Positions 31,094 through 40,202 of a stretch of DNA of 64,000 nt are shown here, piece by piece. Each line of letters starts with the position of its first letter. The stretch's first letter is position 1. A program made the position numbers and the translations under genes. This DNA is from an uncultured candidatus Porisulfidus sp. (lineage in GTDB: Bacteria; Pseudomonadota; Gammaproteobacteria; Poriferisulfidales; Poriferisulfidaceae). Below the pieces are notes generated by a model. It saw only the letters and a list, made by a program, of their open reading frames with translations, was not told where the DNA came from and did not search any database. The stretch covers positions 1,504,001 to 1,568,000 of the forward strand of contig OZ241993.1 of NCBI GenBank assembly GCA_965204575.1, in the 5' to 3' direction.

Positions 31094-31467
31094 GCCCAGA
31101 TCCAGGCCCAGACGGCGGCTGTCAGTGTGGTGGATCCTGCCAAGACCAGCCAATTGCTTGCCTGCACGGCCGGCATGCTGAGCCCGATGCAGGCATCCCA
31201 GACCAGGTGCCGGATTCCGGTGCACAAGTGAAAGGCCAGCGCGAATGTCCAGGCGATCAGCCCAACCTGTCCCAGCGGATGCTGCAGCCCCGCCATCGCG
31301 ATTTGCCAGAGGACCGGCACATAGGCCGCTGCCGCGATCAGGAAAGCCAACGCGACCGCCGCAGCCGTCAACAAGACGCCCGTGATGCGATGGCTGATCG
31401 ACAGAACCGCTGCCAGCGGCAGGCGATAGATCTGCAGATGGGGCGATACGGGGTGCTCAGGCAACAT
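31090..31467 (-). CDS. sdhC: Succinate dehydrogenase cytochrome b556
   Basis: SPHLQIY, SISHRITG, H...GIRHL.WD. Confidence 0.93.
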   Translation of the reverse strand: MLPEHPVSPHLQIYRLPLAAVLSISHRITGVLLTAAAVALAFLIAAAAYVPVLWQIAMAGLQHPLGQVGLIAWTFALAFHLCTGIRHLVWDACIGLSMPAVQASNWLVLAGSTTLTAAVWAWIWA

Positions 31468-31589
31468 CGTGCACGAGAAAATTGGAAGCAGCAAACAGGG
31501 AAAAATTCAAGTTTATTATGCCAAAACCGGCCGCAAGCGGAGCCAGCCCCGCGCCTTGGGGCGGCGGACTTGATTCATCCGGAGGGGGT

Positions 31590-31665
<76 letters not shown>

Positions 31666-31737
31666 GCCACTGTGGCGGGTTATTTTCCCTGTTCGGCGGG
31701 CAAGTGTCAATTCGCAATAAGGTAAAATCCATGCGCC

Positions 31738-32280
31738 ATGCAAACACTTCCACGTGGGCAACAAGGCGCATGGATCGCCATCGGGCTGATCCTCCTGATC
31801 GTCTTCTCCCGGCTCATCCCGCACCCCCCGAACTTCACCCCCGTGCTGGCGGCGGCGCTCTTCTGCGGCACCCTGTACGCACGCCCTTCCCACGCCCTTT
31901 TGGTTCCGCTGCTCGGCATGGTGGCTGGAGACCTGGTGCTGGGATTCCACGACCAGGTCTGGGCCGTCTACCTGGCCGTCGCCTTGTGCGCGGGGCTCGG
32001 CCGCTGGATGCTTAGCCCTCCGAGCGTGCTGACCACCCTGGGAGCCGGCGTTTCCGGCTCCGCGCTGTTCTTCCTGCTGACCAACTTCGCGGTTTGGCTG
32101 CAGGGCGATTTTTATCCGATGACCCCGGCCGGACTGCTCGCCTGCTATGTGGCTGCCATTCCGTTTTTCCACCACACGCTGCTCTCGACCCTGCTGTTTG
32201 GGATTGCCTTGTTCGGCCTTTCACGGCTGCTCCAAAACAGCCAGCCTTCCGGCGGCCTGCTTCCCACGCAACATTATTGA
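31738..32280 (+). CDS. DUF6580-like membrane protein (putative S-component-type transporter)
   Basis: SRLIPHPPNFTP, FFLLTNFAVW, CYVAAIPFF; about six TM. Confidence 0.75.
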   Translation: MQTLPRGQQGAWIAIGLILLIVFSRLIPHPPNFTPVLAAALFCGTLYARPSHALLVPLLGMVAGDLVLGFHDQVWAVYLAVALCAGLGRWMLSPPSVLTTLGAGVSGSALFFLLTNFAVWLQGDFYPMTPAGLLACYVAAIPFFHHTLLSTLLFGIALFGLSRLLQNSQPSGGLLPTQHY

Positions 32281-33008
32281 TGACTAGAAAACCGATGGCC
32301 TGGCTCGGCGCCCTGATGCTGGCCGCAAGCTTTTCCTCCTTTGCCACGGGTGATTCCGCGCCACAGGTCCTGGACGGGCTGTGGAGTGGCGTTTTCGACA
32401 TCAATGGAGAAGGGCAATTTGATTTCACCGCCTTGTATATCGGCGGGGTCGTCTCGGCTTACAGCGTAGATTCCAACGTGGTCTACCGGGGAACCGTGGC
32501 CGGAGACGAGCAGCAGTACCAATCCGACATGTCCATATTCCTCCGGGACGGCTCCCTTTTAGCAACCGTGCAGTTGAACGGGACGGTGAGCGAACAAGCC
32601 ACCGTGATCACGGCACGCTACCTGACCACGGGCAAGGACACCGGCACGCTGACCCTGAACTACGATCCGCTGTTCGAGCGCAAGGTCGATGTCGCTGAAC
32701 TCGCGGGACTGTGGGAGTACATCTCGGATCAACTCAGCATCAGCATCAACGTGATGCCGACGGGCGAGATCAAGGGGACGGACGGTACCGGATGCAACTA
32801 CTATGGAACCCTCGAAAAGATTCGCCCCGGCATCAACGCCCTGAGCGTAAACCTGGAACTTGCCTCCTGCAGTACCGCGGACGGTCACTACACCGGGATG
32901 GCTCATGTCGGGGACGCCCAGGTCCAGAACGACACCCTGCATCTGCACGTCACGGGCGATCACTTCGGGCTTTACTACCCCCTGCAGAAGATCGCCTCAG
33001 CGCAGTAG
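32280..33008 (+). CDS. Secreted beta-rich hypothetical protein
   Basis: Signal peptide; ATG overlaps upstream stop; repeated GLW motif. Confidence 0.75.
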   Translation: MTRKPMAWLGALMLAASFSSFATGDSAPQVLDGLWSGVFDINGEGQFDFTALYIGGVVSAYSVDSNVVYRGTVAGDEQQYQSDMSIFLRDGSLLATVQLNGTVSEQATVITARYLTTGKDTGTLTLNYDPLFERKVDVAELAGLWEYISDQLSISINVMPTGEIKGTDGTGCNYYGTLEKIRPGINALSVNLELASCSTADGHYTGMAHVGDAQVQNDTLHLHVTGDHFGLYYPLQKIASAQ

Positions 33009-33809
33009 TTCTCCCCGGCGCAGATGCGCCCCCACCCGCTCCCTGAAAAACTCTCGCGCTTGATTCATCGCGTCTTGGGCGACCTGGGCATCGTAGGCCA
33101 CCCGCTGCCCCAGGTAAATGCTGTCGACGCCCGGTGCGTCGAAGCTGTGATAAGCATGTTCGTAGATCACCAGTTCCACCCGCTCGGGGCGGACCGAGAT
33201 CATTACCCGGCAGCGCTGCGCCGGCGTCCACTGATCCTGCCCGCCGATCAGGATCAGCAGGTCCGTGTGCGAGTTCCCGAACTGATCCAGGCACCAGGGT
33301 GCGACCGCGACCGCTCCCGCAAACGGCTGTTTTGAGTTCAGGTCATCGTGCAAAGCAAGCAGGACCGTCGTCGCGCCGTGCGAGAACCCGGTCAGGTAGA
33401 CTTCCTGATCGGCCACCCAAGGCTGCCCCATCAGCCACCGCTTCGCTGCGTGCGCGTCCTGGGCTCGCTGCCAGGTGGGAATGGCGAACAGGCTCGCACA
33501 GATGTTGTCTTGCCCGCGAGGCCCGAAACTGTCGACCTGCAGGACTGCGAAGCCCCAGTCGAGATAGTGTTTGAACCAAGGTCGCGAACGTACCGGCCAG
33601 ATTCCGTTGCAGCCATGCAGATCCACGATGGCCGGATGCGGGCCCTGCCCCTCCGGCCGATACAGGTAGGCGGCCAGCTCGATCGTGTCCTCGGATTGGT
33701 AAACCGGCGCGGTAAACGTGATTTCCTGCGGCGGCGGCAAGGTTTCGGCCGAAGCGGCGGAAAGCCACAAGACCGCAACAAGAGCGTACTTGGATTTATG
33801 CATTGACAT
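32997..33809 (-). CDS. Secreted dienelactone hydrolase family protein
   Basis: Signal peptide, LHGCNG, GFSHG, DQWTP, AYHSFD. Confidence 0.85.
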   Translation of the reverse strand: MSMHKSKYALVAVLWLSAASAETLPPPQEITFTAPVYQSEDTIELAAYLYRPEGQGPHPAIVDLHGCNGIWPVRSRPWFKHYLDWGFAVLQVDSFGPRGQDNICASLFAIPTWQRAQDAHAAKRWLMGQPWVADQEVYLTGFSHGATTVLLALHDDLNSKQPFAGAVAVAPWCLDQFGNSHTDLLILIGGQDQWTPAQRCRVMISVRPERVELVIYEHAYHSFDAPGVDSIYLGQRVAYDAQVAQDAMNQAREFFRERVGAHLRRGELLR

Positions 33810-34341
33810 GGCGTGCCAAGCGGCGGTAGCGATGTCGGAGGTCGGCCAGCGAATAAGCGGCATTGGCTGGGCTCGGGTTGGGTGTGACATACACACGCGC
33901 CTCCTCGATCATTCGCGACTGTAATCCCCAGCGGATTTCTCTGGGAGACAGGTCGAGGGCGTATTTCAGAAAGTGACGATACGCCTGCTTGCCGTGAAAC
34001 CAAGCCCAGGTTGGCTGGATTTCTTCGATCAACTGTAGCAGGCGCGGCGCATCGCGCCGGAAATCTCCGGCCCGCAATTCATGCCCCTGCCGGCTCGGCC
34101 GCTTGACCACGTCGGTAAACCCGATCCGGTCCCGCTTCAGCAGCACCTGGTGGCGCGATCGCGAGGGCTCGCCTTGAGATTCGGCTAATCCCGACTCATC
34201 GAAAGCTCGCCAGAAACGATTCCGAGGATTGGCGAAATAGAAGCCTTCGCGGGCCGAGACGAGAGAAGGATTAAGCCCTATCGACAGGACTCGCAAACCA
34301 GAATCGATGTAATCCGGGAGGGTTGCGCGGGACGAAACCAC
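33796..34341 (-). CDS. mug: G/U mismatch-specific DNA glycosylase
   Basis: GLNPS, FANPRNRFW, PNPSPANA. Confidence 0.88.
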   Translation of the reverse strand: MVSSRATLPDYIDSGLRVLSIGLNPSLVSAREGFYFANPRNRFWRAFDESGLAESQGEPSRSRHQVLLKRDRIGFTDVVKRPSRQGHELRAGDFRRDAPRLLQLIEEIQPTWAWFHGKQAYRHFLKYALDLSPREIRWGLQSRMIEEARVYVTPNPSPANAAYSLADLRHRYRRLARHVNA

Positions 34342-34352
34342 AGCCGGGCTCC

Positions 34353-35426
34353 CTATTCGAACAGGTCCGCCTGGTCGGACGGCACGCGAAACCGATCTGT
34401 CCGCAGCGAGCGGCGCTGTCCATCCAATCCATGCTGCTTGCAGGCCAGCGCGAAACGTTGGCGAAGCAGTCGCGCGAATTCTCCCTGCCCGCTCAAGCGG
34501 CGCCCGAATTCGGGATCGTAGTCGACCCCGCCATGGAGGCTTCGAACCGTATTCATGATTCTTTCGGCCCGCTCCGGAACGTGTTGCTCAAGCCATTCCC
34601 GGAATAATTGCTTCAGCTCATGCGGTAGACGCAGGACTACGTACCCGGCACAGTACGCGCCCTCTTCCGCCACGGTCCTGACGATGTCCTCCAGTTCGCC
34701 GTCGTTCAGAAATGGAATCATTGGTGCCGCCAAGACGCCAACCGGGATCCCCGCCTGCGACAACGCCCGTACCAGCGCAATCCGCGAATGAGGCGCCCCG
34801 GCGCGAGGTTCGAGGGCTCGGCTGAGCTTCGCATCCAGCGTCGTGACGGAGACGATCACTTCTGCGAGGCCATCCCGGGCCATGTCCTGCAGGATGTCCA
34901 TGTCCCGCTCAAGCAGGGAGGATTTCGTGATGACCGAGACCGGATGGTGGAATTCCTGCAGAACTTCGAGGATGGATCGGGTGATTTTGAGTTGGCGCTC
35001 GATCGGCTGATAGGCATCCGTGTTGTAGCCGAGACCAATCGTCCCGCATCGATAGCGGGGCGCCCGGAGTTCATGCTCCAGGATTTCCGCGGCATTCGTC
35101 TTGCAGAAGATCTGGGTTTCGAAGTCCAGACCGGGCGACAGCCCCAGGTAAGCGTGATTGGGCCGCGCGAAACAGTACGCGCAGCCATGCTCGCAACCGC
35201 GGTAGGGATTGATCGAGCGATCCAGCGCAATATCGGGCGACTGGTTGTAATTGATTAGGCTTTTTGCGGGTGCGGCGAAATAGTGCGTTTCAAGGGCCTC
35301 TTCTTCGTATTCACGGCCATCGTGCTGGAATTCAATCTCTTCCGGTTCGTAGCGGCCCGGCGGGTTGCTGATAGCCCCCCGGCCTTTCCGGTAGGTCCAC
35401 TGGACAGGGTTTTCGGTTGGGTCCAC
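34353..35426 (-). CDS. PA0069-family radical SAM protein (spore photoproduct lyase-like)
   Basis: KGRGA.SN..GRY, NPYRGCEHGCAYCFAR, TDAYQPIE; GTG start inferred. Confidence 0.9.
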   Translation of the reverse strand: MDPTENPVQWTYRKGRGAISNPPGRYEPEEIEFQHDGREYEEEALETHYFAAPAKSLINYNQSPDIALDRSINPYRGCEHGCAYCFARPNHAYLGLSPGLDFETQIFCKTNAAEILEHELRAPRYRCGTIGLGYNTDAYQPIERQLKITRSILEVLQEFHHPVSVITKSSLLERDMDILQDMARDGLAEVIVSVTTLDAKLSRALEPRAGAPHSRIALVRALSQAGIPVGVLAAPMIPFLNDGELEDIVRTVAEEGAYCAGYVVLRLPHELKQLFREWLEQHVPERAERIMNTVRSLHGGVDYDPEFGRRLSGQGEFARLLRQRFALACKQHGLDGQRRSLRTDRFRVPSDQADLFE

Positions 35427-35551
35427 GATGGTCTTGTGGCAAATTCGGAACCGGCTTGTGATGGTATCACCGCTTGGCCGCAATCCCAACCCGCCATCCA
35501 GAATCCCGCAGGTCTGGAGCCTGGACTTCGAGAGTCTTGCCCACATATCTG

Positions 35552-35596
35552 CATAAAAGTGTGCTCTAGTTACACTTTTATGTACATAAAAGTGTA
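35552..35596. repeat. Three copies of CATAAAAGTGT, including a perfect 26-bp palindrome
   Basis: Copies at 35552-35562 (+), 35572-35582 (-), 35585-35595 (+); palindrome 35571-35596. Confidence 0.9.
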
Positions 35597-35676
35597 GTAA
35601 TTTGGAAGTTATATGTCCATATTTTTGCCATTAATTTGAATTTAATATAAAATATCTCATATTTTCAATAAGTTTC

Positions 35677-36993
35677 ATGTTAATCATGGAGAGACTTGCA
35701 TACGTTGATCTCGTAAAGTGGAAAAATCGGGCTCGGCGTAACCCCATATTAGTTGACGGCGCCCGCCAAACCGGCAAGACTTATCTTGTTGAGCAGTTGT
35801 TTGGACCGCGGGAATTCCGTCGTGTGCATAAGTTGGATTTTCGGGATCGGCCGGATCTCAATGAGCTTTTTTCGGAAGGACGGGGTCCGACCGAAATCAT
35901 TGCCAACATTGAAGCCGTTACAGGCCAATCCGTTGATCTTGACCAAGACCTTATTTTCTTCGACGAAGTGGGCGATTGCCAAGCCGCTGTCGATTCGCTG
36001 AAGTATTTTTCTGAACAAGCACCACAGAGTTACATTTGCGCCACAGGATCAAACGTTGGCCTGCTCGGCTCGTTTCCCGTCGGACGGGTGGACTTTCTTG
36101 AATTATTCCCCTTGTGTTTTGAAGAGTTTTTGATGGCGCTTGGGTCAGACATTCTGTTGAATGCATTCCGTGAGCGACGTCGGGGCGCTACCGTGCACAG
36201 GCTCCTCTGGCAATTCCTATGCGAATACTATTTCGTCGGAGGAATGCCGGAAGCCGTTATCGCCTGGTCGGAAAATCAGCGTGGAATCCATGAGCAGATT
36301 CAAGCGGTGACAGGTGTCCACGCAAGGCTTGTGGAAGGGTTCTGTCACGATTTTGCAAAATATTCGGGCAGCGTAGAAGCTTTGCAGATCGAGGCCGTTT
36401 TCCGCAATGTGCCTCAGCAACTTAAACACAATATCAATGGATCCGTGAAACGTTACCGTTTCAGCGAAGCGATTTCCCGGAAAAAACGCTACCGGGACCT
36501 GTTTGGGCCAATCAGTTGGCTGGAGAAAACACGTCTTGTCTGGAAATCATATCCCATCAACTCCCAGCCCACGGTCCCACTTGCGGCTCTGAGCAAGGAA
36601 AACAACTTCAAGCTCTATTTGTTTGACGTCGGCCTGTTAAGCCATCTTCTCAACTTGGGATATTCCGACCACAAAAGCCAAAAGTCCACGTACAAAGGGT
36701 TCATAGCAGAAAACTTCTTCCTGACCGAATACCGTGCGCGAATCGGCTACCCAATCTATAGTTGGGCACAGGAACGAGCCGAAATTGAATTCCTGCACCG
36801 GGATAGCAGCGGCGACATCATCCCTCTGGAGGTGAAGAGCGGCACACGCACCCGGGCGCGAAGCCTCGAATCCTATATCACGCGGTATCAGCCATCGCAC
36901 GCCGTCAAGTTTGCCAACGTCCATAGCGCGACCCGTGACGGAGTCCTCTCTACTTGGCCTTTGTATGACGTACAGTTTCTGCGCGATCTGTGA
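35677..36993 (+). CDS. AAA ATPase with DUF4143 / PD-(D/E)XK-like C-terminus
   Basis: GARQTGKT, FFDE, ATGS, GGMPEAV, KLYLFDVGLL, EIEFL..PLEVKSG. Confidence 0.9.
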   Translation: MLIMERLAYVDLVKWKNRARRNPILVDGARQTGKTYLVEQLFGPREFRRVHKLDFRDRPDLNELFSEGRGPTEIIANIEAVTGQSVDLDQDLIFFDEVGDCQAAVDSLKYFSEQAPQSYICATGSNVGLLGSFPVGRVDFLELFPLCFEEFLMALGSDILLNAFRERRRGATVHRLLWQFLCEYYFVGGMPEAVIAWSENQRGIHEQIQAVTGVHARLVEGFCHDFAKYSGSVEALQIEAVFRNVPQQLKHNINGSVKRYRFSEAISRKKRYRDLFGPISWLEKTRLVWKSYPINSQPTVPLAALSKENNFKLYLFDVGLLSHLLNLGYSDHKSQKSTYKGFIAENFFLTEYRARIGYPIYSWAQERAEIEFLHRDSSGDIIPLEVKSGTRTRARSLESYITRYQPSHAVKFANVHSATRDGVLSTWPLYDVQFLRDL

Positions 36994-37046
36994 GAAAACG
37001 TGGAATCCTGCCCTATGAAGTCACTTTCCGGGACTTCCGGGTACAG

Positions 37047-37352
37047 TCAGAATCCACTGACATCGGCCGTGATTCCGCTTAGGGGCTCAATACTGCTGAC
37101 ATCGATACTCACATTCGCGATATCGTGATTCGTCTGCATATTCAGCCAGAACTGTGGCGTTGACCCGAAGAATCGAGCAAGGCGGAAAGCCGTGTCCGGA
37201 GTGACCGAGGTCGTCCCCTTCACCAGACGCTCAATCCGAGTGCGAGGTACGCCAAGACATCTGGCAAGCGCACCTCCGGAAAGCCCTAATGGTCCAAGAA
37301 ATTCGGACTTCAGGATTTCCCCTGGATGGCTTGGTCTTTTGAGAATCGTCAT
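37047..37352 (-). CDS. higA: HigA antitoxin
   Basis: HPGEILKSEFL, TPDTA.RLARFFG.TPQFWLNMQ. Confidence 0.93.
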   Translation of the reverse strand: MTILKRPSHPGEILKSEFLGPLGLSGGALARCLGVPRTRIERLVKGTTSVTPDTAFRLARFFGSTPQFWLNMQTNHDIANVSIDVSSIEPLSGITADVSGF

Positions 37353-37372
37353 GTCGGTTCCTTTGGAATCCA

Positions 37373-37654
37373 TCAGTGATAATCAGTAATTTCGACCTCG
37401 GCCGGGCCTTGGTTTGTCCAGACAAAGCAAATCCGCCACTGGTCGTTGATTCGAATCGAATGCTGCCCCCTTCGGCTTCCTTTCAATGCTTTCAGTCGGT
37501 TCGCCGGTGGCACACGAAGGTCATTCAAGGTTTGGGCGGCAGCCAACATGGTTACTTTCCTCAAGGCAATATCGAAAACCTCGGTGGGAAAACCTTTCCC
37601 TGGGCACCCATCAAGTACGGCGAGAATTAACTTGCCTCTTGTGGATTGAATCAT
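37373..37654 (-). CDS. higB: HigB (RelE-family) toxin
   Basis: [35 protein letters not shown]. Confidence 0.93.
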   Translation of the reverse strand: MIQSTRGKLILAVLDGCPGKGFPTEVFDIALRKVTMLAAAQTLNDLRVPPANRLKALKGSRRGQHSIRINDQWRICFVWTNQGPAEVEITDYH

Positions 37655-37663
37655 GGGCACATT

Positions 37664-37680
37664 GTATCACGCTATGATAC
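37664..37680. promoter_or_regulatory. Putative HigA operator
   Basis: GTATCA-CGCTA-TGATAC inverted repeat just upstream of higB. Confidence 0.65.
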
Positions 37681-37692
37681 CTATATCCACAG

Positions 37693-38163
37693 CTATGCGA
37701 TCTTCAACACCCACTCGGCTCCACCCAGCACAAACAGAGTCAAAACCCCAGCCAACAAGTCGTCCAGCATGATGCCGACCCCTCCGCTGAATCGGCGTTC
37801 CGCCCAACCCACGGGTCCCGGCTTGACGATGTCGAAAAACCGGAAAAGCACAAACCCCGCGACCGCCCAAGCCAGGCTGCGAGGCGCCGCCGCCATGGCA
37901 ACCAGATAGCCGGTCATTTCATCCCATACGACTTCTTTAGGATCGGGATCTCCGAAGGTCTCCACTGCCTGCTCGCACAGCCAGACCCCGACCACCAGCA
38001 TGATCCCCAGCACCAGCACGTAGATAGACCAAGGATGCGCAGACAATCCAAAGTAAAGCACCGTCCCCAAAAGAGTCCCGACGGTGCCCGGAATCTTCGG
38101 GCAATAGCCCACCCCGAAGCCAGTCGCCAAGAAAACGGTCAAGCGTTGCCACGTAATCTGCAT
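37693..38163 (-). CDS. pgpA: Phosphatidylglycerophosphatase A
   Basis: PGTVGT, VVWDE, FRFFDIVKP, GIMLDD. Confidence 0.95.
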   Translation of the reverse strand: MQITWQRLTVFLATGFGVGYCPKIPGTVGTLLGTVLYFGLSAHPWSIYVLVLGIMLVVGVWLCEQAVETFGDPDPKEVVWDEMTGYLVAMAAAPRSLAWAVAGFVLFRFFDIVKPGPVGWAERRFSGGVGIMLDDLLAGVLTLFVLGGAEWVLKIA

Positions 38164-38169
38164 TTTTTT

Positions 38170-39117
38170 TCAGGTGCTGCTGAAATGATCGTAGCCGAGC
38201 TGCGAGGGAAGCGGGACCGATATGCCTTCCTGGGTCAGATTCAACTCGTCGCCTGCATCCACCACCCCGATGCTGCTGACCGGCACGCCAAGCTGGGCAC
38301 CTATCTCTTGGACTTTCTCCCATTCGGACTCCGGCACGGTGAATACCAGTTCGTAATCTTCTCCCCCACCCAAGACCGTGAACCAATCCCCGGCCTTCGC
38401 CTGCTCTGCGGCGACTGGTTCGGACAGCGGGATGTCCGTCAGTTCCACCGATGCGCCCTTTCCACTCACCTTGAGCAACCGCCCCAGATCTTTCAGGATT
38501 CCGTCCGAGACGTCTATCGCCGCATGTGCATGACCACGAATACGGCGGCCGAACTCAACTCTAGGCTGAGGTCGGTGAAGCCGCTCACGGCAGTCTTCCA
38601 ATCCGGCCTCTTCCGGGTAAAGCCGAGCCAAGGCGGCATCTCCGACGGTTCCGGTCACTCCGATTCTGTCTCCGACCTCCGCGGCATCGCGCCGCAGAGC
38701 CGGCGCCTCCCCTTCCAAGGTTCCGATGACCGTGATGCAGGCACCAAGCTCTCCTCGCGACAGATCTCCTCCAGCCAACACAATCTTATTCTTTCGGGCC
38801 AAACCTTTGATGCCTTCGCTGAAGCCGGCAATCCAGTTCTCATCGATGCGTGGCATGGCCAAGCCCAACGTGAAGCACACCGGAGTAGCACCCATTGCGG
38901 CCAAGTCGCTGAGGTTGACCGCCAATGCCTTGTGGCCAAGCCCAACCGGGTCGTCTCCCGGGTCGAAGTGAGCCCCCTGCAGGAACAGGTCGGTGCTGAT
39001 TACGCTGTCTTCGAGCGGCAACGCAAGCAGTGCCGCATCATCTCCGGGGCCTCGGGTCAGAGCCGGCGAATCCGCATCAAAACTGAAATACCGCTGGATC
39101 AGCGTGTCTTCGTCCAT
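38170..39117 (-). CDS. thiL: Thiamine-phosphate kinase
   Basis: GDDAA, NLSDLAAMGA, IDVSDG, GGEDYEL. Confidence 0.95.
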   Translation of the reverse strand: MDEDTLIQRYFSFDADSPALTRGPGDDAALLALPLEDSVISTDLFLQGAHFDPGDDPVGLGHKALAVNLSDLAAMGATPVCFTLGLAMPRIDENWIAGFSEGIKGLARKNKIVLAGGDLSRGELGACITVIGTLEGEAPALRRDAAEVGDRIGVTGTVGDAALARLYPEEAGLEDCRERLHRPQPRVEFGRRIRGHAHAAIDVSDGILKDLGRLLKVSGKGASVELTDIPLSEPVAAEQAKAGDWFTVLGGGEDYELVFTVPESEWEKVQEIGAQLGVPVSSIGVVDAGDELNLTQEGISVPLPSQLGYDHFSST

Positions 39118-39172
39118 CCCTAAATCCTGTCTGGCGCAGCGGAGAGCCGATCAAGCCAAGCCAGACCTGAAT

Positions 39173-39631
39173 TCAGGCGGCACAGGCTTTGCGCAGGTCG
39201 ACCGCCACCCGGTCCAGTACCGCATTGACGTACTTGCTCCCCTTGTCCGTTCCGAACTTCCCGGCCAGCCGGGTCGCTTCGGACAGGATTACGGCGGTCG
39301 GGATTTCCCGGCAGTGTGCCAATTCGTAGCAGGCGAAACGAAGGACTGTCCGTTCCACCGGATCCAGGCGCTTGATCGGCCGGTCAAGAATCGGAGTCAA
39401 CTGCTTGCATAAGTCCGCTTCATGCGCCACGACTCCTCGCACCAACTGCTCGAAATATTGGCTGTTGGCCCGCAGGATGTCCTCCTTTCGGGAGAACTGG
39501 TCGAGCAACCCAGAAACCTCTTCTCCCGACATGTCCCACTGGTAGAGGGCCTGCAGCGCCAAACGGCGGGCCCAATGTCGGCCGCGATATTCGACCCGGT
39601 CAGTTTCCGACGATGAGGGAAGCTCAGTCAT
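39173..39631 (-). CDS. nusB: Transcription antitermination factor NusB
   Basis: AR.LALQALYQW, KYVNAVLD. Confidence 0.93.
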   Translation of the reverse strand: MTELPSSSETDRVEYRGRHWARRLALQALYQWDMSGEEVSGLLDQFSRKEDILRANSQYFEQLVRGVVAHEADLCKQLTPILDRPIKRLDPVERTVLRFACYELAHCREIPTAVILSEATRLAGKFGTDKGSKYVNAVLDRVAVDLRKACAA

Positions 39632-40202
39632 CGTCGTCATCATCGTCGTCGATGTCCTCCATGATCTCGGCAAACACTTCAATCATTTCCAGTGCCGCCA
39701 CCGCCGCTTCGGCTCCCTTGTTGCTGACTTTCCGCCCGCCTTCAATCCTGGGCGACGGATCCTGCCAATCGTCGAGCAGAACCGAGCGCTGATCAGCCTG
39801 CTCCCGGGTGTCGGTCGTCAGCACGCCAAACAAAATCGGCACGTCTTCCTGTCGAGCAAGGCGTGCAAGGTTCCGCGCGCATTCAGAAGCCACGTAGTCG
39901 AAGTGAGGCGTCTCCCCCCGGATGACGCAACCCAATGCAATGATGGCGTCATACAACCCCGTATCCGCGCACAGCCGTGCCGTGCCCGGCAACTCGAACG
40001 CGCCAGGGACTCGAATCAGGTCGATGTTCTTGATTTCAGCCCCGCGTGCCACCAGCGTGCCAGTCGCACCTTCGATCAGACGGTTGACGATCGGCTCATT
40101 GAAGCGGGAGGCGACCAGCGCGAAATCCAGCCCCCGGTCGGCCAGCGCCCGTTTCTCGTCCGGATCGCGAATCTGATCGTAATGCGGCAAAGAGTCCGTC
40201 AT
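39624..40202 (-). CDS. ribH: Lumazine synthase
   Basis: SRFN, VPGAFELP, GCVIRGETPHFDYV, NKGAEAA. Confidence 0.95.
   Translation of the reverse strand: MTDSLPHYDQIRDPDEKRALADRGLDFALVASRFNEPIVNRLIEGATGTLVARGAEIKNIDLIRVPGAFELPGTARLCADTGLYDAIIALGCVIRGETPHFDYVASECARNLARLARQEDVPILFGVLTTDTREQADQRSVLLDDWQDPSPRIEGGRKVSNKGAEAAVAALEMIEVFAEIMEDIDDDDDDDD

Noticed and set aside
35571-35596. Palindrome containing TTATGT/ACATAA as a second dif site
   Set aside because: Half-sites are in the wrong order and lack the 6-bp spacer of the 11-6-11 layout
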